A stretch of 64,000 nt of DNA from the human T2T-CHM13v2.0 reference genome, Homo sapiens. The notes beneath the pieces are model-generated. The model saw nothing but the letters and a program-made list of their open reading frames with translations, did no database searches and was not told where the DNA came from. The stretch lies in the NCBI RefSeq assembly GCF_009914755.1, contig NC_060927.1; one strand, written 5' to 3'. Both the position numbers and the translations under genes were made by a program. Of the stretch, positions 27,441 to 42,026 are shown one piece after another. The number at the start of each line of letters is the position of its first letter. The stretch's first letter is position 1.

Positions 27441-30400
27441 AGCAAACAGAAGCAGAAGTTTGTAATAACAGTTGTTTTCAATATTAAATAAGACATCGAA
27501 ACAAAAACATATAAAACTACTCCAGCACATAGTTAGCGTTCAATAAATGTTAAATGGTGTCATCACCATGAATAGAATTGTATTCTATGTTTATCCAGTC
27601 TAACACTTCTCTTTGAGTCCAAAAAGTACAATAATCTTTAAATAGAGAAAGTAGAAGAGAGAGCCTTCAAGCTAGCTGTGTATTTCAAAGGGACAAAATC
27701 AACCTACTTTTAAAAATCTGGCAAGCCAATGGGGAGGGTCATTTTTGTTTTCCTTTTTTCTATTGCAAACACGTTTTACTAGCTTTGAGAGTAATAAAAG
27801 TACAAGACAAATGAAATTTGACCTGGTCAAATTGAGCATCTCAGTGATAGCCTTCAGAAACTGCCACAAATTGGATATCTGATTTAAAGAGGCATGATTC
27901 CTTTCCTTTTACCTCCTCATCTTTGATGAGATTGGGTTGTGAATTTTGACATAGGAAAGGTGGAAGAGGGTGAACACATCTAGATCATTTGATGTTGCCA
28001 GTACCAGAGCATATATTGATCAGCTTTGGTTATTCAATCCTATTGTAATGGCTGTTATTTCAATACAATTAGAGTATGAGACTGTAACAGCAAGCTGTTT
28101 TGCTTGGGGTTCTCTTGTTTACTGAAGAGCTATAAGAAGTGAGAGAACAAATATACAAAGCTGAATCCAAACAACCAAAATAGGCAACACAATGGAAATC
28201 GTGTAATTTATTATCTATATGAATGTGAAAACATAGAAGAGAGCAGAATTTTTAGTAGTCCTGGAGGAAAGATTAAAATAATTCAGAGTGATTTGTTGCA
28301 AGCTATGCGACAGGTCAGCACATTTGAATCTCATTTGAATTCAATAATGTTCATGAGAAGAGGTGTAAGCAGAATATCTTCAGTTAGCTGTGCATGTTTT
28401 GTACTGGCAATGTAAAAAATAAACCGCTTGCTGTACATAGATCTTAAATTGGGCCGCTGTTAGATGCTCTGTTTTCTAGTGGATGTATTTATCTTACCTG
28501 TTTATTCTTTTAATTTGGTTTGTTTTATGCTCTTTATTGTCTCTCCCCTATTAGACAGCATGGCCTACGTTGGCTTTGCTCCAGTTCCTAAAACAATGCC
28601 TGGAACATATTACATATTCACTAAATGTTAGCTGAATAAATAAATTAGTGAATAATAAATAGATGTCTAAATAGTGCTATCACTCAATAAATTTTATTTT
28701 TTTCAAGAAAACATTTGATTGAAACTATGTATAAAAATGTAATATTTTTGAATTGCTTTCATAGAACAGCAATTTAAGGAGATTTAGTGGGCAAATCCAA
28801 AATGTGTGGGGCAAAGGACTTGAACTGCTGTCAGTGATTTAAAGTGCCTGTTATCTGAGCTGGTGCCAACTAACACAGTGATATGTCATGGGGAATTTAT
28901 GCTTTGCTTGATCAGAACATAGGGTGACATTTTGTTGAAAATGTCTTCAAGTAAAAGTATTTATAAGAAAAATACTCCAACTATATAGACAATTCTTTTA
29001 TTAGTTGAACGTGAGCTGGGAAACCACCCAGGGTTTTTCTTTAAATATAGAACTGATGGCAAATTGTGATTTCAGTCACCATGATTATATAATATTCAAG
29101 ACTCTTTAAGAGCATTACAAATAGTGTGGCTTAGAAAGAAGGGCCTTTTGATTATTATTTTTTCTCTCATAGTTTCTTTCTCCAGTGAGTTCTTGACTGT
29201 GTAAAACACTGCATCCTGAATTCCTAACATAATAAGCAAATATATTCCTAGATTTTGTTTTTTATTTGTTTATGAGTAGCATTTCTGTTACACACCGAGT
29301 GTGGTCCTTTCTGTATTATTCCTTTGAAAGACTTTGAATGATCCATACTGACTTGAAAAATTCAATAAAAATGAGAGAGGATTGCAGGATAATGGTTACC
29401 TTCCAAGCAGAGATGAAGCTTTTGATAGTTTCCTTTCTCTATTTAAGAATATTTTGTCCTTTATCCTTGTTCCTCACCTTCTGTTTGCAATGATCCTGTG
29501 TATAATGAGGTGTGGAATGCACAGTGTCAGAGAAGGGGCCAGATAAGAGAAAGAGCATAATCACATAGTGCTTGTCTAACACACAGTATTTCTCTCCATT
29601 ACCCTTATCTTCTACACTGTACTTTGATTACTATACCTTTTGCAGTTTAAAATGAATACGTTAAGTATGCAGCTCTTATACAATAATAATACATTTTAAC
29701 AGCAGGACTCACAGATGTGACTCTTTTATCCGTTCATGTCATTCCATGGATTAAAGAGCAAAACATTTTTTATTGAATTATCTATATACATTTCTAAATT
29801 ATAAAAAAAAATTGATTTGTAGGGGCACTTGCCTTCATTATCTCATTTCAGACAACTTTCAAGGTCTAGCTCATACCATAGTTTACATGTATATTCTTTT
29901 TATTGTTCTAAATTATCTAATATTAGCTTCCTTCATGGTACTCCTAGAATTGCCCAAAGAGTAAATTTAATCACACTGCATCTGTTTTTAGGAAAATAAT
30001 TTTCCCAGTAGATTTGGTATATTTCTAGGTTTGAAAAAATTCATGGAAAAGCTGAGATTTGAAAAATGACTAATCATGTTTTTCATTTTTTATTGAAGTA
30101 TAATTTGTATACAATTAAAAATCACGATTTTTAAGGTACAGTTCTATGAGGTTCAACAAATGATTATGTAAGCATCACCACCTCCAAATTTTCCATACCA
30201 TTTTTTAGTCAACCTCTATTCCCACCTCCAAGTCTTGTTAATAGCTAATTATTTTTTTCTAGAATGTCATGTAAATGAAAGTATAAAATAAGTAGCATTT
30301 TGAATCTGGATTCTTTCATTTGTGATATATTTGAAATTTATCTATGTTATTGTATGTATCAGTAGTTCATTCCTTTTTAGTGCTGGGTAATATTCTATTG

Positions 30401-30719
30401 CATGGGTGTACCACAGTTGTTTTTTTTTAATTAATTTTTGAGTTGAGGAATATCTGAATTGTTACTACCTTTTTAGAATTGCAAATAAGGCTGTTTAAAA
30501 CATGTTTGTATAGGCTTTTATATAAATATAATTTTTTATTTCCCTTGTGTAAATGCCCAGGAGTGGGATTGCTAGAAAGCATGGTTGAGTATGTTTTACT
30601 TTACAAGAAAAAATTACCAAATTGTTTTCCAGAGTAGCTGGACAATTTTGCATTTTCACCAGCAATGTATGAAAGTTTCTGGTGCTCTGACTTCTCACCA
30701 ACAACTGGTATTGCTTCCT

Positions 30720-30720
30720 G

Positions 30721-30763
<43 letters not shown>
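30720..30763. repeat. (CT)n microsatellite
   Basis: CT run at 30731-30763 with degenerate lead-in. Confidence 0.9.
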
Positions 30764-30768
<5 letters not shown>

Positions 30769-30780
30769 GTAATTTTTTTC

Positions 30781-30984
30781 CAACCTCCCACACTCTCAAG
30801 CAATCTTCCTGCCTCAGCCCCCTGAGTAGCTGGGACTACAAGTGCATGCTAAATTTTTTTTTTTTTGGAGAGAAGAAGTCTCATTATGCTGTCCAGGCCA
30901 GTCTTAAACTCTTGGGCTCAAACAATCCTCCTGCCTCAGCCTCCCAAAATGTTGGGATTACAGATATGAGCCACCATGCCAGGC
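30781..30984 (-). mobile_element. AluJ fragment lacking the 3' part of the right arm
   Basis: AACTCTTGGGCTCAAACAATCCTCCTGCCTCAGCCTCCCAAA (AluJ left-arm pattern). Confidence 0.85.
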
Positions 30985-31185
30985 TTCTTTTATTTCCTTT
31001 CTTTTCCTTTTTCCTTCCCTTTCCTCTCCTTTTCCTTCCTTCCCTCCCCCACTCCCTCCTTCTCTTTTTCCCTCCCTCCCTCCTTCCCTCCTTCCCTCCC
31101 TCTCCTTACATCCTTCCCTCCCTCCTTCCTTCCATCCATCCTTCTCTCTTTCTGTCTTCTTGTATTCCTGTCTTTCTCTCTCTCT
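30985..31185. repeat. (TTCC/CCCT)n polypyrimidine low-complexity tract
   Basis: About 200 bp almost entirely C/T. Confidence 0.9.
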
Positions 31186-31471
31186 AATAGATATGTAAGT
31201 GTATTATACTGTGGATTTTTTAAAAAATTAGTGTTTCCCTAATGACTGATGATATTAAGCAGCTATTCACATGTTTATTTGCATTTATATATGTTTTCCT
31301 TAGTGAAATGTCTGTTCAAATAGTTTGTCCCTTACTTGTTAAATATTATTACATTTTCATAATTCCTTATACATTTTGATAAGTAGTTTAACAAATTTGT
31401 GATTTGTGAATATTTTCTTCCAATCTCTGACTTGTCTTTTCATTCTTTTAACAATGTCTTTCAAAAGGTAA

Positions 31472-31798
<327 letters not shown>

Positions 31799-33690
31799 TA
31801 ATTTTGGTGAAGCCTAATTATCATCTTTTTAAAAATGTATTATGCTTCTGATTTTGTGTCTAGGAAATTTCTTAAAAGATTTTCTTCTATGTTTTCTCAT
31901 AGGAACTTTATAGATTTACAGTTTACATTTGGCGTTAATTTTTATACAGGGTGCAAAATAAGGATCAAGGTTAATTTTCTGCATTTGTGTTCCCAACTAT
32001 CCCAGTACCATTTGTTGAAAACACTATCATTTCTCCATTCATTTGCCTTCGTACCTTAGTGGAAAATTAATTGACTATAGTTGTGTGTGTCTATTTCTGG
32101 ACTTTCAACATGCACCATTAATCCGTGTTTTTCATTTCTTCCATATCATATTGTCTTGATTGTTGTAACTTTATAGTAAGTCTTCAAATCAGATAACACA
32201 ATTCATCCAACTTTGATCTTCATATTCACAATTGTTTTGTCTTTTCTAGTTACTTTGCATTACTGCATACATTTTAGAATCAATTTGTCAATTTCAGTTT
32301 TTAAAAATCACACTGGGATTTTAGTTAAATTTGTATTGAATTATGGGTCAGTTTGGAATAAAATGGCATCTTTTTAGCATTGGGTTTGATAATGTTTTAT
32401 AAAGGAACATGGTATGCCTTTCCATTTATTAGGTCTTCTTTGATTGTTTTCAACAGTATTTTATGACTAATCGTTTTTATTTATCTCATTATGGCTTCTT
32501 GTTTCTACATTAAATTTTTCAAATACCAACATCCTTCTCAGAAATTCAAAATCATGCTTTCTAATATTGTTATACCATAACTACTTAAATTGTAATAGTA
32601 ATTATGACAAATAATTATCAAAAGAATATGTAAGTAGACATTTCAATAATTGTAATCTTCTTGTTATTAAAACCTACAGAAATATTGATGGCTATCACTT
32701 TTCATCAGATTTCAATTTAAAACATCTTAAAGAGCTTTATACTTGAAAATAATCTGAGACTTACCACAGTCCCCCTGTTTCACAGATGAGGAAATTAAAG
32801 CCTGACTGAAATGACATCGCCAAATCCCCCCAGCTGGTTAGTAGAACCATAACTAAAACTTATGTCTCAATCCAAAGTTCTTTTCCTTAAATATTCCTTG
32901 AGTACTGATATATATGGGAAACCTAAACCTAATTTTCTATTTAAGAGTGAATTAAGTAGATTGTATAATCTACATATATCCCAAAGTCTTTTTTTCTTTC
33001 CTTCTTTCCTTTCTTTTTAGAACTCTATTACTTCTTTTTGATAATTCCTTAGTTTAATTGATTCCTTTGGGACTTACTGTAAAACCTTGATATAAAACAT
33101 AGCTGACATAGGTGCACTATTAGGATCATTTAGAAAAGTCTATGAAGGTTAAATTGGACATGATAGTAAATATGTGTTCAGAATCCGATTTGGTGTATTC
33201 CCATTCTGTGGCCTACTGCAAACTATAGTATAACACCAGAGATAGTAATTTGCTGTTTATATTTGCAACAATTTATATTCTATCAAATTATATCAAAGGT
33301 GGTTTTATCAAATTATATTACAATTTATTTAATTATATCCTGAGCTGTTTCTGGAAAGCTGACTACAATCTTACATATGCTTTTCCTGTATCTTCCACAA
33401 TAGCCATCACCAAACTCCTTCCCTTGAAGCACTAATATGATGAGATTTTAATGGTTATTTTATGGGGGGAAAATGGACTTGTTATCAATAAGTTTGAGAG
33501 ATTTTATTTTAAAGAAAAAATACACAAAATCTATGTAAAGGACTTCTCTGAGCCTTTAACAGTCTAATAGTCTTGCAGGCTGCATACCATTCTAGAGTCT
33601 TGAGCTATGGCAGTAACAATACAAAAATTCCAAGACTTCATGGCATTTACACTCTAGTAAGAGGAGACAGACATGAAAAATAAACATGTG

Positions 33691-34000
<310 letters not shown>

Positions 34001-34011
34001 ATAAAAACATC

Positions 34012-34310
34012 GGCCGGGTGTGGTGGCTTACACATGTAATCATAGCACTTTGGAAGGCCAAGTCAGAAAGATTACTTGAGCCCAGGAGTTTGATTCCAGC
34101 CTGGGCAACATAATGGACTCCATCTCTACACAATATACAAAAACTAGCTCAGTGTGGTGCACACTCATGCAGTCCCAGCTACTTGGGAGGCTGAGGTGAG
34201 AGGTTCCCTTGAGCCTCATAGGTTGAGGTTGCAGTGAGTAAGCCATGATAGCACCAGTGTCCGCCAGCCTGGGTGACAGAGTGAGACCATGTCTCAAAAA
34301 TTAAAATTAA
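34012..34310 (+). mobile_element. AluJ, full length
   Basis: CTTGAGCCCAGGAGTTTGA...CCTGGGCAACATA; GAGGTTCCCTTGAGCC; high divergence. Confidence 0.92.
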
Positions 34311-35587
34311 AAAATAAATATGAGAAGTGAAATATATGTTGAATTCAAAGGTGATAAATGCTACAGAAAAAGGAACACATAGAGTAGGGAAAAAGGACTG
34401 GGCAAGGATGGAGGAGAGCAGGATGTAAGCTTACATACTGTTAGTGAGAGCAAGCCTCATGGATAATGTAACAATTCATCAGGACTTGGGGGAAGTAGGG
34501 AAATTAGAATGAAAGAACATTCCAGGCAAAGCAAATAGCCCATGCAAAGGCTCTGAGGTAGGATTGTGCCTGGAGTATCTGAAAAATAACAAGAAGGTTA
34601 TGTGGCTGAAGTGAGTGTGAAGGCCAGGTGAGGAGGTTAATAAGATAGGAGAAGTAGTTGGGGTTTGAGAGCTAATGGGATTTGATATTACTTGCCATTG
34701 CAAGGACTTTGGCTTTACTCTGAGTGAGATGGGGGAAAAAAAAAAAAGAGACTTTAAACAAAAGAGTAATATAGTCTAACTCTATTTTAGAAAGGTCAGT
34801 GAGGCTGCTCTTTGGAGAATAGACTAGGGGAGCAAGGGTGGAAACAGGAAGACTATTTAAGCGTAATACAGCATTCCAGGTAGTGAAGAAGGTGGTTCGG
34901 TCCAAAGTGGTAGCAGTAAAGGCAGTAACAAGTGGTCAGATATTGGATATTTTTAATGATAGAGGTGAATTGATTTCTTGATAGCTTGGATGTGGTGTGT
35001 GAAACCATGAAAAGCGTCATGATGATTCCAAATTCTATGACCTGAGAAACTAGAGAGTTCGAGTTGCCATTTACAATAATGGGGATACTGTGGGTGGAAC
35101 AAGCTTTTGGAAAAAGACCAGGAGTTTGGTTTTAGACATGCTAAGATGGATGTCTGTTAGACATCCAAGTAGAGTTACTAAGAACACAGGTGGATATGAG
35201 AACCAATCTGTCTTGGTTCGACTCTTACCTTTGCAACTTCCTGGCCAGCTATGTTACTTTGAGAGTGCCATTTGGCTTCTTTGTGCTTCCAGTTCTAATT
35301 TTTCAAATTACATTATCATTTGATCAATTTGTTGTCAATAACACCATCTTGCTAACAAGTGTCTTAAATTGTTTAATTAATTGATATATAGAGATTAATT
35401 TATATATATCTATAGCTATCTACACATCTATAGGCCTATATGCCTATAGATAAATGTATGGTACAACAAATATGTTGATCACTGGATAGTTTTAGCTATT
35501 ATCATTATTGTCATCACCAATTCAATTTGGAATCTGGGAGAGAGGGCTAGACTAGAGATTAAAAATTTAGAAGTCATCAGTTTATAG

Positions 35588-35877
<290 letters not shown>

Positions 35878-35947
35878 TATAATTATTATTTAAAGCCATG
35901 ATGCTGAATTATTTCACCATGGACACCAATGGATATAGATTTTATAA

Positions 35948-36368
<421 letters not shown>

Positions 36369-38022
36369 CCATTCTTCTAGTGTTTTATGAAAGTATCTTA
36401 TAAAAGGTCCTCAGTGGATGCTCAGTGAAAAATTTTTGATTAGAAAATGACACATCAAAAAGTTAGGAAGAAATATAATCTTCCTTAGGAAACTAGTTAA
36501 GTGTCTCTTGGGAAAAGGACCAGAGGTCTATATATCAGGAGGCAAAGTCAGTGGATAGAAATCAGTGGACTCATATTGGAGGGTAGCTGCACTGTAGAAA
36601 TGCCAGTTCTCTCTAGTTATTCCTGTCTGTCACAGATGCAGGCAGGATACAAAGCCACAGTTATACTGTCTCCAACAGATGGGAAACTATGCTAATGAGT
36701 TTTGGATTATCAACAATTACAAGCAGTTCTCTTATTGGTCACTGGCCAGATGCTTAAATTTTTGGGTGGGAGTGGGAGAGAATGAAAAGTAGCAGCTCCT
36801 TTATGCCGTCTTGATGGTGTTCTGAGCTGTTTCTTTCCTTGTCGAATCTTTTTCACCAGCCATTTCTAGAGTCTCCTGAGTTTTCCCGGGGCATAAGAAA
36901 TCCTATTCTTTATTTATGGTGATATAACTGATCCATGGTAAGCAGGTCATAGCTTGAATCATTCTCTGGTCTTGGTAGATTGATTTGCAGTGGTCCTTTC
37001 ATGGGCTCACATCTGTTCTCACTTGTGGCCAGATACTAGAATTAACAGAGGGTTGGCTCTGGCTAAGGGTTTGGCCATTGACCATGAACCAAATTGAAAT
37101 TGACTGACTCCTATGAGGCTCAATATTCTTGTTAGAACTATGTTCAATCTAGTAGCATTCAGTGCTTAGTATAATACTGACTTTTTATGAAATCCAGGAT
37201 TTTCCATAAGAGCACTTACCAAATTGGTAAGATAATTAACTCTATGATCTTTTCATGGATTTAATACAGATGAAAATTTTAAGGTATTATTAATTTTTCT
37301 TTTCTCTGCCACCATTTTACTAAGCACTTCCTAGATATTATTTCACTTAATTTTCAGAAAAGGCTAGACATTATCCCATTTACCTAATGAGGCAACTGAA
37401 CACCTCAGAGGTGAACAGAATTTCAGAGGGTCACATAGCTAGGCAGAGAACACTATGGGATTGACATACTTCCAGGGTTATCCTATCTCAATCCCCTGAT
37501 CTTTTTTCTATGCTTACAGCAACTCCTATAACCAGAAATTTTAGAGGTTGGAGACCCAGAGATATTGAACTTAGACAAGTTGGCATAATTAATTGCTGAG
37601 TTTTTTGATGACTTTTCTGTCACCTGCAGACGTGCTGTGAAGCATCTGTGGACAGCATTCTCCAATCAGATGTACTTTCCCACCTGGAGGTGTCTTGCTG
37701 GTGTGTTCATCTATCTGCTGTTAAACAGTCCCTATTTCCACAAGAGTCCTTGAGGCTTTTTTTCTTTGTCCATCTTGTTAGAAAGTCAATCTGTTCTGTC
37801 ATGCAAAGAACAGTTAGGAAGGCTACAGATTTAAGTTTTAAGATCTTTCATCATTGATAACTTTGTGAAGCAACGTTTGGCTTTCATATATATGCATACA
37901 CACATAGGCACACATGTAGGCATCTATATACATGTATTTCTAGTTATATATGCACACATATATGTATGTATGTATTTCATTATATAATATTTAGACATGT
38001 AGAAACAGCATCTATTTACTAA

Positions 38023-38230
38023 TTAAATTAGTAATTTAGTAAATATATGTACTGTATAAATTTAAATTAGCAATTTAGTAAATATATGTACTATATATAG
38101 TTACTAAATAATTTATAATATATTATATGTTATATATAATTAATTATATTATATTTAATTATATATTAATTAATATAATTAATTATATTATATTTAATTA
38201 TGTATTAATTAATATAATTAATTATATTTA
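38023..38230. repeat. AT-rich minisatellite region: two adjacent 39-bp-period arrays
   Basis: Unit A at 38023 and 38062; unit B at 38134, 38173 and 38212 (partial). Confidence 0.85.
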
Positions 38231-38589
38231 CTAAATAAACTATTTATAAATAAGTTATTTTTACATGTATGTTCATGTTACTACCATCCACATCAAGGTA
38301 TAGAACATTTCTATCTTCCCCAGGGAGTTCTCTCATCCCTTTTCTATTCCAAAGCAAAACATGACCCTAAATCCCTACTCCTCCACATACACCTAAATAG
38401 ATACTTGGGTTAAAGCTGCTGTCTGCGTTTTTGTGACAAGTCTTTGCGTGGACACAGGCCTCCATTTCTGTTGAAGATGTACCTGTGAGTAGAATCATTG
38501 GGTCATAGGGTCAGTCTTATATTTTCCAAAAGCTATTTGGAATGCTGTTCAGAGTGGAGGACAGCATGTCAAATTATTAAAAAGAAGTA

Positions 38590-38800
38590 AAAGCGTACTT
38601 ATGATAGAGAAAGAGAAATTGGGGTTACTCAGTCTGAAGGATACAGCTAAGAGGTGATATTCTAATTCTCTTGAAGTATATGAAGGGTAATTTTAAGGAA
38701 GAAAGGAACACACTATCAATTTATACAAAGTACAAGATGAGAGAAAATGGGATTAAATTTCAACAAAGGAGTGCTTAGGCGGACTATTATCATAATTAAC
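38590..38800 (+). mobile_element. CR1/L3 LINE 3' fragment
   Basis: GAAATTGGGGTTACTCAGTCTGAAGG...AAGAGGTGATAT...TCTTGAAGTATATGAAGGG...AATGGGATTAAATT. Confidence 0.65.
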
Positions 38801-39169
38801 ATAGAAATAGGTTACTGTCCCAAGGGTGTCTTCAAACATATAATGCTCTCTCCTTGGGTAAAAGGTAGATAAGTATCGAAGCAAACTTTCCTTGCTATCT
38901 CATGAGTCCTTTTTTTTTTTTTTCTTCATTTGTCTTCTGGAAGATACAGTTTTTCTTTTGCTAAAACATCTTATGTCTAGGGTGACTATATATATTTTCT
39001 ATTGTTGAAGCCAGAATACTTTAGTCCAGTACAAATGCTAAACTGCATGGTATGCCAGGACAAAGCCTTACATATGCACACTAAGGTATGTGGTCATGCT
39101 TGTGCTATTTATAATTAACATTTCTTGCACAAACCAGTAACACCTGGACACATTTGACAAAAGTAAAGC

Positions 39170-39415
39170 TAGTGAAAAGTCTGCTCCTAGTGTGGCAGAA
39201 TAGCTCCTATTAGACCAGCCTTTCTGAAGATAAAAAGTAAAAACCCTGGACAAAACGCAAAGAACAAGTAACTAAAAACACTGGACAGAGACTCAAGGCA
39301 GGCAGATTCTGGAGGAGAATAGAAAATGGGTTTGGTTGGATTTTTCATTTTCATGGCTTCTAGCCCAAGAATAGGCTATAGTGTGTACCTTTGCTGGGTG
39401 GCTAAAACTTCTGAA
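39170..39415 (+). mobile_element. Old L1M 5'-end-like fragment
   Basis: GCAGAATAGCTCC...AAAACCCTGGACAAAA...GGCAGGCAGATTCTGGAGG. Confidence 0.45.
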
Positions 39416-40458
39416 TTCATCTTCCACCTTTGTTTGGGACAGAGACTTATAATCTCCATGTGGTTTCCTGCAAATAGGACACAGAGATCACTTTCATTTG
39501 CCCTAAATCACTGACAAATCCAGACCTTAGCTTCCCTGTTCATTTTTCTGTACCTGGCTACTGGCTGCTTTGTGTATCAATGGCATAAAAAGTCAAGACG
39601 TATTCATTCCCAGTATCAGGCTCAACCAGGATCACCATTAGCATATGTGACACCATTGCAAGAATTGGAAAATGCCACCCTCCTTGATAAAATAGCTTGC
39701 ATGGAGAATTCTTGGCAAGCAAACTACAAAAAGATGTCTAGAGCCACTGCATAGCACACCTCTAGGGAATACCATTCTCATAGTGGTCTTTGTAAAGGAC
39801 AGCTTCTGGAGTTATGTCAGGCAGAACCTGTTTATCTTTATGGTGTTGCCTTCAAGGGGCCTCTTCCTCCAAGAGATCACTGCTCTATGACGGAGCACAT
39901 GGCTTTGTGAGCAGAGCGTGGCCTGGGTTTTAGCACAGCTTGCCCATTGTGCAGTGAATGATTCACACAGATATAAATGTCAGTCTTGGGTCAACTTGCT
40001 CTTTCATGGCTAAGAAGATTTTCTGTTTAATTTATATCCTTGTGCTTCTTTACCTATAAAGTACTGTTCTTGTACCACTATGGTCATTGGACTGAGATGA
40101 AGACTGTAACTCAGAACTTTCCTGATGTCAAAGTTAGACTTCAAGGGCATAACAATTTGAATACATACTCCAAAGGCTACATATGTGCAGATTTTTCATA
40201 GCACATGAATATCAAATATGAAATCTGAAATCAAATATCAAATCTAATGATCCAATCAGCAGTCATTATTTTGGGAAATGGCTTTATCTAAATTCCATTT
40301 GTGAAGAGCAGTTTTCTTTTGTGTAATTGATTTTCCATCTGTGCATGTTCTTTGCTAGGTAAGTTGTATTGTTGAACTTTCAAGGATAATCACTTTATTT
40401 TTGGTCATGAGAACCCATGACAGAGGCTCACTTTGGCCAGCCTTCCAAGAATGAACAC

Positions 40459-40996
40459 TGTACTTGCTTGCTACTATTGCCAAACAAATTGTCACAAACT
40501 TAACACCTTAAAAGAACACAGATTGATCTCATACAGTTATGTAGGTCAGAAGTTTGGTAATGTTCTCACCAGGCTACACTCAAAGTATAGGCAACACTAT
40601 GTTTCTTTCAGAGGTTCCATTTCCTGCTCATTTGAGTTGTTGGCAGAATTCAGTTCCTTGCAGTTACAGGACTGAAGTCCCTATTTTCTTGTTAGCTGTC
40701 AGCTGAGAATTGTTCTAGCTTCTGTAGGCCTCCACATTCCTTAGCTCATGCCTCCCTTCCTCTTTTCTCAAATTACATTTCACTGACTCACTCATCTTCC
40801 TTCCTCCTTTACTTTTAAGGATTTATGTAATTAGATTGGGCCTGCCTGGATAATCTAGTATAATTTCCCCATATCAAGGTCCTTAATCTTAAATAACATC
40901 AGCAAAATCCCCTTTGTCATATAATATAACATATTCACAGATTCCTAGAATTAGGATCTAAACATGTTTGGGGGGGAATTATTTTTGTTTATCACA
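40459..40996 (-). mobile_element. MLT1D-like solo LTR
   Basis: ACAAATTGTCACAAACTT...CAGTTATGTAGGTCAGAAGT; GCAGAATTCAGTTCCTTGCAG; GGATAATCTAG; AACATATTCACAG...TTTGGGGGGG...CACA. Confidence 0.85.
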
Positions 40997-41303
40997 GCTT
41001 TCAGACATTCTGCCTTAATTGCATTCTTAGATCGATTTATTTAGTCAACATTTAATAAATCTTCAGTTAACAACAAAGAATATAGAGATGAATAAAATAT
41101 GACCCTACTTCTAGGTGTTTATCACTACAGAAACCAGACTGATGTTTACATATGCACACTGAACTTCCTATAATGTCAATTTACCTGGCTACCTCCTTAA
41201 AAATAAAGACAATGGCTTCAATCACTGAGTTCCCAATGTCAAGCTGTGTGAAATAAAATAACAAGTATTCAGCAAGTATTGCTGAATTCATTAATTCTCA
41301 AAG

Positions 41304-42026
41304 TCAGATGGGAGAATTCCCTTGCTTCCTTCACGGGATTTGCAACAAGGGTGTGGCTCACTTAGCTGCCATGCTCAAACCCCCTGAAGGAGGGGCAGCA
41401 TGCAGGTCAGCAGGTGCTGGGGCCGGGGCAAGCGGTTTTGGGCTCTGGTCCCATGGCAGCGTCTAGGGGTGTGTTAAAATTAATGCTCTTTTAGCAATTG
41501 CCATCTGCAGATGACTAAGTGTTAACCAGCTCAGTGGAGAGTCAGGGTGACAGCCTTTTATACCCTCTTGGTACCCAGGTTTTTCTCCAGCATCCAGGAA
41601 GAATCATGTCATGGATTTGAAGGGTGCAGAGATTTTATTGAGTGATGGAGGTGGCTCTCAGTGGGATGGGGAGCTGGAAAGGGGATGGAGTGGGAATAGA
41701 ATCTTCTGCTGGAGTTTGGCTGTCCCCAGCTGAACTCCTCTCCCACCGTCCCCAGCCGAACCCCTCTCGACGTTCAGATGCTTCTTCTCTTCTTTCCTTT
41801 TCTGCTGTACTGCTCTGCTCTTCTGCCAGTGGAGTTTGGGGTTTTGATGGGTATAAAATGGGGGGGTGTGGTGGGCCAGGGTGGTTTTAGACAAAGCAAC
41901 ATTTCAGTGAGAAAACAGGAGTAACTTGTTCTCATTTAGGGCTGTTGTTTTCAGGCTTGAAGGTGGGGCCTTTGCCCAGGAACTGCCCTCTTCTACCCAG
42001 TATTTTCCTGCCTCCTGTCCGTATCA
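41304..42026 (-). mobile_element. ERV1 solo LTR (LTR27/LTR28/MER52-related), inserted in an L2 tail
   Basis: Minus strand starts TGATACGGACAGGAGGCAGGAAAATACTGGGTAGAAGAGGGC; AATAAA at 41634-41639; ends GGGAATTCTCCCATCTGA; imperfect 4-bp TSD AAAG/GAAG. Confidence 0.85.

Noticed and set aside
30585-31187. Longest ORF (200 aa)
   Set aside because: Runs through antisense L1, (CT)n, AluJ and a polypyrimidine tract; stop-poor low-complexity artefact
35426-35451. 10-bp stem hairpin ATCTATAGGC/GCCTATAGAT
   Set aside because: Lies in a TA-rich low-complexity patch where such palindromes arise readily
38979-39100. Possible hAT-Blackjack (MER81/MER94-like) MITE starting TAGGGTGACTATA
   Set aside because: Only one end matches well; too degenerate to call without alignment
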